From: Nitrospirota bacterium
GTDB taxonomy: Bacteria > Nitrospirota > Thermodesulfovibrionia > Thermodesulfovibrionales > JdFR-86
Assembly (NCBI GenBank): GCA_037386965.1
Contig: JARRLN010000011.1
Location: 1 to 54,664 of the forward strand
Length of the DNA stretch: 54,664 nt
Reading direction: 5' to 3'
A model generated the notes under the pieces. The model was not told the DNA's origin, did not search any database, and saw only the letters and a program-made list of their open reading frames with translations. Of the stretch, positions 48,222 to 54,664 are shown in pieces; the stretch's first letter is position 1; each line of letters opens with the position of its first letter. A program made the translations under genes and the position numbers.

Positions 48222-48878
48222 TTATTTTTTCCATGAAGCACCGGCCCCTCGGCAGCCCATCCGCCGTGCAGCCCCCAGGGCGGCCTCGGAGACCGAGACG
48301 GGGCGAAGGCCGTCTCCGTCAAAGAAAAGGAAAGTCTCCTCATCTCCGGCCTTCGCCAGGACCTGAAGGCAGTGCTCCCTGCCCAGCGGGGCCAGGGCCA
48401 TGAGGGCCGCGCCCCTCACGGAGGGGTCGGGGTCCTCCAGGTGGACCTCGGCCACGGGCGCGAAGGCCGCCGTGAGGTCGGGCCGGACCTCCCCCACGCG
48501 GGCCATGGCCCGGAGGGCCCCGGCGCGGAGGAACTCCTCCTCGTGGAAGGAGATGACCACGGGCAGCACGTCGGCGAAGGGGTCGGGGTTGGCCCTGAGG
48601 ACCTCGCCCAGGATGTCCGGGCCGCTCCGGGGGTTGGTGCCCGATTCCTCCCGCATCATCCAGAGAACACGCTGGATGAGGCCCCGGGCCCGGTCCTGGG
48701 GCATCCGCCCGGCGATGAGCCCGATGGCCCTGATGGCCCGCCAGGAGGAGGCCTCCTCCATGTCGTACGAACGGGATATGAGGAGCCGCACCGTCCGGGG
48801 CTCCTCGCGGGCCAGGGCGAGGAGACCTTCGGTCTCCCCGCTTGAAAGGAGGCGGGAAATGCGCTTTCTGAGGTCCAT
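48222..48878 (-). CDS. HEAT-repeat protein, DVU0298-like
   Basis: RVLWMMREESG..PDILGEV resembles the LxWxLNDESG..GE motif recalled for this family; LEDPDPSVRGAA HEAT repeat; 11 nt after dsrN. Confidence 0.65.
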   Translation of the reverse strand: MDLRKRISRLLSSGETEGLLALAREEPRTVRLLISRSYDMEEASSWRAIRAIGLIAGRMPQDRARGLIQRVLWMMREESGTNPRSGPDILGEVLRANPDPFADVLPVVISFHEEEFLRAGALRAMARVGEVRPDLTAAFAPVAEVHLEDPDPSVRGAALMALAPLGREHCLQVLAKAGDEETFLFFDGDGLRPVSVSEAALGAARRMGCRGAGASWKK

Positions 48879-48889
48879 GGACAACCGGG

Positions 48890-50305
48890 TCAGGGCCGCT
48901 TCCGGGCCCGCCTGTGCTGGCCCGCCGCCCGCATCATGCCCTCGGCCCACTCCGGGGAGCCCAGGGCGTGCAGGTGGGTATAGGTGCCGAAGGCCCTCTT
49001 TCGGAAAAGGCCGTCCCGTCCACGGGCAATGCCCGTGCCTCGCTCCATCCTGAAGGCCAGGGCTGCCTCCCCCGGAAGGGCCTCCGGGTCGGCCACCTCC
49101 GAGTAGTGAAACTCATGCCCCCGGAGCACCGTGCCCCGCCTGAAGAAGGGGTTGGCCCGGACCACCCTTGCCACGGTGTAGCCGTGGGCCCGGGGCCTCT
49201 CGTGCATGAGGAAGCTCACCGGAAAGACCCCGGCCATGGGGTGGCGCTTTCCCTTCAGGCGTAGGCTCTCCCCCAGGTACATGAGTCCGCCGCATTCCGC
49301 ATAGACGGGAAGCCCCTCCTCCACGGCGTGCCGGAGGCTCCGGCGGAAGCGACCGTTTCCCGCCAGGGCCAGGGCGTGCGTCTCGGGGAAGCCGCCCCCG
49401 ATGTACAGGGCGTCCAGGCCGGGGGGAAGGCGGTGGGCCCCGAGGGCGCTCACCTCCACGACCTCCGCCCCCCGGCGCCGGAGCTCCTCGAAGTTCTCCG
49501 GGTAGTAGAACTGAAAGGCCCGGTCCCGGACGACCCCCACGCGCGGGGGGCCGGGCGCCCCTTCGGCCGGCGGACGCTCCGCTTCCCTCACGGGGGTGAG
49601 GGGCGGAGCGCTCCGGGCCACGGCAAAGGCCCTCTCCAGGTCGACGTAGCGGGTGACCAGCTCGCCGGTGGCCTCCACGGCGCTTTCCACCTCCGGGTGC
49701 TCCTGCCAGGGCACAAGGCCCATGTGCCGCTCGGGGAACTCGGCCCCGCCCAGGCGGGGGATGGCCCCGAGGACCGGGACCCCGGCCAGCCGCTCCACGG
49801 CCTCCCGGGTGACCGCCTCATGCCGGGCTCCCGCTATGTTGTTGAGGACCACGCCCGCAACCGTCACCCCCCTTTCGAACCGCCTGGCCCCGTAGACCAG
49901 GGCGGCCACCGTGCGGGTGGCCTTGGTGCAGTCCACGATGAGGATGACGGGGCTTTTGAGGATGCGCGCCACTCTGGCGGTGCTCTGGCTGCCCTCGGCG
50001 TCCATGCCGTCGAACAGGCCGCGGTTTCCCTCTATGACCGCGCAGTCCGCTCCCCCGGCATGGGCAAGAAACGAGGAGAGCACCCGCTTTTCGCCGATGA
50101 GGAAGGGGTCGAGGTTGTAGCAGGGGCTCCGGGCGGCCTGGGCCAGCCAGCCCGCGTCTATGTAATCCGGCCCTTTCTTGAAAGAGACGGCCTGAAGCCC
50201 CCGTTTCCTCCAGGCACGGACCAGCCCAACAGAAAGGGTAGTCTTGCCCGCCCCTCCCCTGAGGCCGGCAATGACTACCCTCGGAATGCTTGCTTTATCG
50301 GGCAA
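48890..50305 (-). CDS. dsrN: Cobyrinate a,c-diamide synthase homologue (siroheme amidase)
   Basis: GGAGKTT, KKGPDYID, IEGNRGLFD, FQFYYPEN, GGGFPE, AECGG, GHEFHYS; directly after dsrD. Confidence 0.88.
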   Translation of the reverse strand: MPDKASIPRVVIAGLRGGAGKTTLSVGLVRAWRKRGLQAVSFKKGPDYIDAGWLAQAARSPCYNLDPFLIGEKRVLSSFLAHAGGADCAVIEGNRGLFDGMDAEGSQSTARVARILKSPVILIVDCTKATRTVAALVYGARRFERGVTVAGVVLNNIAGARHEAVTREAVERLAGVPVLGAIPRLGGAEFPERHMGLVPWQEHPEVESAVEATGELVTRYVDLERAFAVARSAPPLTPVREAERPPAEGAPGPPRVGVVRDRAFQFYYPENFEELRRRGAEVVEVSALGAHRLPPGLDALYIGGGFPETHALALAGNGRFRRSLRHAVEEGLPVYAECGGLMYLGESLRLKGKRHPMAGVFPVSFLMHERPRAHGYTVARVVRANPFFRRGTVLRGHEFHYSEVADPEALPGEAALAFRMERGTGIARGRDGLFRKRAFGTYTHLHALGSPEWAEGMMRAAGQHRRARKRP

Positions 50306-50309
50306 GGCG

Positions 50310-50558
50310 CTACTTTATCATGCCCTTTTCCCGGAGATACTCCTCACTGGGTATTTCCACGGAGCTGGCGCCTCCGCCGTAGGAGTACATCAGGCGGCCC
50401 ACGTCAATCATCTCGCGCAGGGCTTTCTTCACCTCGTCCTTCTCCACGCCGGCATCGGCCGAGACACCCTTGATGATGTCCTTTTCCTTGAGCTTCTTCT
50501 TGCCCTTGGCCTTTTCGACGAAGGCGAAGATCGTATTTTTCAGTTCCTCCTTCTCCAT
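50310..50558 (-). CDS. dsrD: Dissimilatory sulfite reductase D protein
   Basis: 82 aa, Lys-rich winged-helix pattern KKKLKEKD..VKKALREMIDVGRLMYSYGGG; follows dsrB. Confidence 0.88.
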   Translation of the reverse strand: MEKEELKNTIFAFVEKAKGKKKLKEKDIIKGVSADAGVEKDEVKKALREMIDVGRLMYSYGGGASSVEIPSEEYLREKGMIK

Positions 50559-50613
50559 ACCCGTGCCTCCTTCTTGCGGGGGGGACGGTGCCCCGCCGCC
50601 CCCCCACATGGGT

Positions 50614-51711
50614 TTAATATTTGAACGCAGCCGACGTCCTCAGTGTATCACGCATGAAGGTGAAGTCGTCAATGTGCTGGAACGTGAACGGGATGCCGGT
50701 CAGCGAGAAAAACCTCTCCCAGCCGATGCGCTCTATCCACTCGCCCACCCTCTCGTGCTTCCGGGCGTGGCTTGCGTAGGTCTCCAGGATGGTCTTGAGG
50801 TGCTTGATGACCGTGGGCCAGCGGGGCGGCTCGTTGGGGATGTAGGGCACGGCAAGTTTCGAGAACATGGGGCCCTTCCTCAGGCTGCCCACCTTGCCCC
50901 CGACCATGATGGCCACGCCGTCGTTCTCGGGGTTGTGGATGTCGACGGGCGGGCAGACGGTGAAGCAGTTGCCGCAGTACATGCACTTATCGGCGTTGAT
51001 CTTTATGCTCTTCTTCCCCGGGTCGGGACTGATGGCCCTGGTGGGGCAGGAGGCAACGGTGGTGGGAATCTCGCACATGTTCTTCACCAGTTCGTGGTCG
51101 ATGTGCGGCACCTTCCTGTGCACGGCCACCACGGCGATGTCGGAGCAGTGCACCGCCCCGCACATGTTCACACAGCAGGCCACGGCCAGCCGGACCTTGT
51201 TGGGCAGGGACTTCTCCACGAAGTAGTCGTGGAACTCGTCCATCATGGCCTTGACCAGCCCGGAGGCGTCGGTGCAGGCGCTGTGGCAGTGGACCCAGCC
51301 CTGGGTGTGCACGACGTTGCTGACCCGCGGGCCGATGCCCCCGACGGAGTAGCCCCGCTTCTGCAGCTCGGCCTTCAGGGACTTGACGGTCTCCTCCTTG
51401 TCGGTGAGGAACTCCACGTTGTTGCGGGTGGTCCAGCGGATGTAGCCGCCGCAGAACTTGTCGGCCACCTCCAGCATGTCGCGGATGGTGTCGGTGGAGA
51501 GAATCCGCGGGGAGCCGATCCGCACGGTGAACACCTTATCCCCCGAGTTGGCCACGTGCACGCTCACCCCGGGCTCCAGGAGCTCGTGGTACTTCCAGTC
51601 GCCGTAGTTCTTCTTTATGACCGGCGGAAGGAACTTCTCGTAATGCGGCGGTCCGATGTCCGTCTGCCTCTTTTCCTTGGCTTCAGTTTCGGTAAGCCAC
51701 TGTGCTGACAT
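50614..51711 (-). CDS. dsrB: Dissimilatory sulfite reductase beta
   Basis: TDIGPPHY, RWTTRNNVEF, HTQGWVHCHS, ACCVNMCGAVHCSD, CMYCGNCFTVC, HERVGEWIERIGWE. Confidence 0.99.
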   Translation of the reverse strand: MSAQWLTETEAKEKRQTDIGPPHYEKFLPPVIKKNYGDWKYHELLEPGVSVHVANSGDKVFTVRIGSPRILSTDTIRDMLEVADKFCGGYIRWTTRNNVEFLTDKEETVKSLKAELQKRGYSVGGIGPRVSNVVHTQGWVHCHSACTDASGLVKAMMDEFHDYFVEKSLPNKVRLAVACCVNMCGAVHCSDIAVVAVHRKVPHIDHELVKNMCEIPTTVASCPTRAISPDPGKKSIKINADKCMYCGNCFTVCPPVDIHNPENDGVAIMVGGKVGSLRKGPMFSKLAVPYIPNEPPRWPTVIKHLKTILETYASHARKHERVGEWIERIGWERFFSLTGIPFTFQHIDDFTFMRDTLRTSAAFKY

Positions 51712-51749
51712 GATGGCAAGCCTCCTTTATGAAATCTTTCTTTCCGGTT

Positions 51750-52925
51750 TTAGCCGAGGTCCTCATCCTTCCAGAAGAAGAAGGGGTCCTTCCGCGGCTC
51801 GTAGACCTGCTGGGGCTGCGCCTCCACGCCGATGGCCTCCAGGAAGGGTCTCATGCCCTTGGCCTCGATGAGCTCGCCGATTCTCTCGCGGGGCTTGGCG
51901 TTGTCGTCCCACCACTCGATCATCTTGTCGGCGAGGTCCTTGAACTCCTCGTAGGGGGGCTCCATCTTCATGAAGGGCACCACCACCCAGGACAGGAGCG
52001 AGCCCACCACGATGGGGGCCTTGGAGCCGATAAGTATGGACGCGCCCTTCTCGGGGCCGGGGCCGAGGGCCTTGGTCATCTTGGCGATGCAGTGCATGCA
52101 GCGGGAGCACTCGGCGTTGTTGATTTCGAGCTTGCTCTCGTAGCTCATGCAGCCCGTGGGGCACATGTCCACGATCTCGGCCTTGATGTCCATGCCCTGC
52201 TTGGCGTAGTTCTCCACCTCGCCCTGGTCAATCTGGATGTCCCCCCTCCAGGTGCCGATGATGGAGCAGTCGGCCCGGGCGATGGAGGCCACGCAGTCCA
52301 CGGCGCACCCGGCGATCTTGAACTTAAACTTGTAGGGCCACATGGGCCTGTGCAGCTCGTCCTGGTAGGCCTGGGTGAGGGTGTTGGCCAGGTTCATGGT
52401 GTCGATGTTGGACCATTCGCACTTGGAGGCCCCCATGCAGCAGCTGGGGGTTCTCAGGGCCGAACCCGAACCGCCCAGGTCCCAGCCCCGGGAGGAAATC
52501 TCGGCGAAGAAGGGCTCCAGGGCCTCGGTCTTGCATCCCAGCATGACCATGTCCCCGGTGGAGCCGTGCATGTTGGTCAGGCCGCTTCCGTACTTGTCCC
52601 AGAGGTCCAGGATCTCGCGGAGAGAGTCCGACTTGTAGTAGAACCCGCTGGGCTGGTTGATACGCACGGTGTGGAAATGGGCCACCCCGGGGAACTCGTC
52701 CGGCAGGTTGGAGTACCGGCCGATGACTCCCCCGCCGTAGCCCAGGACGCCCACGATGCCGCCGTGCTTCCAGTAGCCGCGCTTCGTCTTGTAGGACTTC
52801 TCGAGCTGACCGAGCTCATCCGCGGCCGCTTCGTGCTTCTGGGCCGCCTTCTTGATCTCGGTGACGAAACTGGGCCACGGACCTTTCTCTAGCTCGTCCA
52901 GAAGTGGCGTGTCGTACTTCTTCAT
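51750..52925 (-). CDS. dsrA: Dissimilatory sulfite reductase alpha
   Basis: TPLLDELEKGPWPSFV, WKHGGIVGVLGYGGGVIGRY, NMHGSTGD, CX5C (CMGASKC) and CX3C (CAVDC), CSRCMHC, RERIGE. Confidence 0.99.
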   Translation of the reverse strand: MKKYDTPLLDELEKGPWPSFVTEIKKAAQKHEAAADELGQLEKSYKTKRGYWKHGGIVGVLGYGGGVIGRYSNLPDEFPGVAHFHTVRINQPSGFYYKSDSLREILDLWDKYGSGLTNMHGSTGDMVMLGCKTEALEPFFAEISSRGWDLGGSGSALRTPSCCMGASKCEWSNIDTMNLANTLTQAYQDELHRPMWPYKFKFKIAGCAVDCVASIARADCSIIGTWRGDIQIDQGEVENYAKQGMDIKAEIVDMCPTGCMSYESKLEINNAECSRCMHCIAKMTKALGPGPEKGASILIGSKAPIVVGSLLSWVVVPFMKMEPPYEEFKDLADKMIEWWDDNAKPRERIGELIEAKGMRPFLEAIGVEAQPQQVYEPRKDPFFFWKDEDLG

Positions 52926-52983
52926 CTGACTCAGACCTCCTTCGTTGTTTTTCTGGTTCATGAAGACGAGGAAATGAGTACTA

Positions 52984-53013
52984 AGCCTAATATACCCCTC
53001 TGAAAAGGGTCAA
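52984..53013 (-). promoter_or_regulatory. Candidate sigma-70 promoter of the dsr operon
   Basis: TTGACC-N18-TAGGCT with an AT-rich upstream tract. Confidence 0.4.
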
Positions 53014-53143
53014 ATAAAAAAATTTAATCGGCGGATAAAATTCTGTGCGCAGCCCATGGCCGGTCGATTTACTCGCCTTTGCGGATTTGCTAAGATGAAG
53101 CCGGACAGGGCGCCTTCGGTACAAACAACGGCAACGTGGAGGG

Positions 53144-53740
53144 ATGCGCATGGCCTTTCAGGACCTCGTCACCGAGATGCATGACTTGATTGACTCCATG
53201 GTCGAGGGCATAGACGGCCTGTACACCGCCCTCATTTACAGCAACGTCAAGGTCATGGCCGACGTGGAGGCCTCCATCCAGCACGTCCGCGAGCGCATGC
53301 CCGCCCTTACCGAGAGCCTCATAGAGGGGGAGAAGGACACCGACCTGGCCATGAAGTACGCCGGCCTGCCCTCCCACATAGAGCGCATCGGCGAGAACCT
53401 GGGACGCATCGCCCAGGCCATCAAGGGAAAAATCGCCGAGAACATCCTCTTCAGCGACAAGGCAATCTCGGAGCTGGAGTACCTGTTCGGGCGCGTCCGG
53501 GACATGATGGCCAATACCAAGGACATGATATTGGCCAGGAACACCCTGGTGGCCAGGCACCTGGAAGAATCGGAAAAGGCCCTGGAAAGCACCGCAAACG
53601 TCTACGCCACCCTCCATGAGGAGAGGCTCATCGAGGGGCTCTGCATGCCCCGGGCCAGTTCGCTGTATCTGGAGATGATAGAGTCCTTCAAGGGCATCGC
53701 CTGGCACTGCAAGGAAATTGCACGCACCCTCGTCCGATAG
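53144..53740 (+). CDS. Stand-alone PhoU-like helical protein
   Basis: SHIERIGEN, FSDKAISEL, HEERL..G.C...SSLYLEMI..FKGIAWH resemble the cytoplasmic PhoU repeats of Na/Pi cotransporters; SD GGAGG. Confidence 0.75.
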   Translation: MRMAFQDLVTEMHDLIDSMVEGIDGLYTALIYSNVKVMADVEASIQHVRERMPALTESLIEGEKDTDLAMKYAGLPSHIERIGENLGRIAQAIKGKIAENILFSDKAISELEYLFGRVRDMMANTKDMILARNTLVARHLEESEKALESTANVYATLHEERLIEGLCMPRASSLYLEMIESFKGIAWHCKEIARTLVR

Positions 53741-54638
53741 GCTCGCCCCCCTCAGGGTCGCCCTGGGTGCCGGGGAGCTGGCCGCGCGGGCGGACGCCCT
53801 GACCGGGGCCCTCCGGAACTGCCGGCTCTGCCCGCGGGCCTGCGGGGTGGACAGGACCCGGGGGGAGCTGGGGTTCTGCGGCATCGGAGAGAAGCCCGTG
53901 GTCGCCAGCTGGGGGCCGCACTTCGGGGAGGAGCCCCCGCTGGTGGGGCGAGGCGGCTCGGGCACCATATTCTTTACGGGCTGCAACCTGGGCTGCGTGT
54001 ATTGCCAGAACTGGAGCATCAGCCACGGGCGCGAGGGCCGGGAAGTCTCCATCGAGAAGCTGGCCGACATCATGCTCACGCTCCAGGAGGACGGCTGCCA
54101 CAACATAAACGCGGTCACCCCCACCCACCAGGTCCCCATGCTCCTCAGGGCCCTGGACCTGGCCACCGGCAAGGGCCTGCGTCTCCCCCTGGTGTACAAC
54201 TCGGGAGGCTACGAAGCCCTGGGAACCCTCCGGGCCCTGGACGGGGTCGTGGACATCTACATGCCCGACATGAAGTACGCCGACCCCAAGGCGGCCCGGG
54301 TCCTCTCGGAAGCCGAGGACTACCCCCGGGTGGCCCGGGCCGCCCTCCTGGAAATGCACCGGCAGGTGGGAGACCTCGTCATGGACCAGAGGGGCGTGGC
54401 CCTGAGGGGCCTCCTCGTCCGGCACCTGGTGCTCCCCGCGGGGCTGGCGGGCACGGAGGAGGTCTTGAGGTTCGTCGCCGAGGAGATATCCCGGAACACC
54501 TATATGAATATCATGGACCAGTACCAGCCCTGCTTCCGGGCCTTCGCCCACCCGCCGCTGGACCGGCGCATTACGGCCGAGGAGTACCGGGAGGCCCTGA
54601 GGCTGGCCGAAAAGTACGGCCTGCACCGCCTGGCCTGA
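53718..54638 (+). CDS. Radical SAM protein, PflX/PFL-activase-like family
   Basis: CRLCPRACGVDR, HFGEEPPLVG..GSGTIFF, CNLGCVYCQN (CX3CX2C), DIYMPDMKY, LLVRHLVLP; start approximate. Confidence 0.9.
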   Translation: MHAPSSDRLAPLRVALGAGELAARADALTGALRNCRLCPRACGVDRTRGELGFCGIGEKPVVASWGPHFGEEPPLVGRGGSGTIFFTGCNLGCVYCQNWSISHGREGREVSIEKLADIMLTLQEDGCHNINAVTPTHQVPMLLRALDLATGKGLRLPLVYNSGGYEALGTLRALDGVVDIYMPDMKYADPKAARVLSEAEDYPRVARAALLEMHRQVGDLVMDQRGVALRGLLVRHLVLPAGLAGTEEVLRFVAEEISRNTYMNIMDQYQPCFRAFAHPPLDRRITAEEYREALRLAEKYGLHRLA

Positions 54639-54664
54639 GGCCGGCGGTTGCCTCAAGGGAACAA

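Noticed and set aside
50303-50320. TGaTAAAGT 6 nt before the dsrN TTG as a leaderless promoter
   Set aside because: It lies in the last dsrD codons; coupling within the operon is a simpler explanation.

Overview
GC-rich chromosomal window from an anaerobic bacterium with reductive-type dissimilatory sulfite reduction genes (dsrAB-dsrD-dsrN). Gene content and the split ATP synthase operon suggest sulfate-reducing Nitrospirota (Thermodesulfovibrionia-like); this is inference, not a database result. Most of the window is housekeeping or energy metabolism: aminotransferase-serA-purA, nadE, tupBC, aroF, rpsU, atpF'FHAGDC, bioF, asnB-like and dsrABDN, plus redox-stress and signalling genes. I found no rRNA, tRNA, CRISPR array, integrase or transposase. 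Leading observations: (1) a eukaryote/archaea-type P3A H+-ATPase gene sits between two diverged direct copies of the aroF 3' end and its downstream ~90 bp, next to a ~2.1 kb AT-rich island, like an integrase-less cassette; (2) rsmI and comF lack canonical starts at their conserved N-termini, and both frames begin with CTGAGAAAGGG, where CTG overlaps the upstream TGA; (3) at least seven genes have a -10 box 5-9 nt before the start codon and no Shine-Dalgarno (SD), suggesting leaderless mRNAs; (4) a candidate ~65-nt sRNA carries an anti-SD seed; (5) five phased OmpR-type boxes lie between a two-component system and a triheme cytochrome c7; (6) an AsnB-like/nitrilase-family/M29 peptidase/CutA operon has no clear function. 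All protein calls come from motif recognition by eye; no searches were run.
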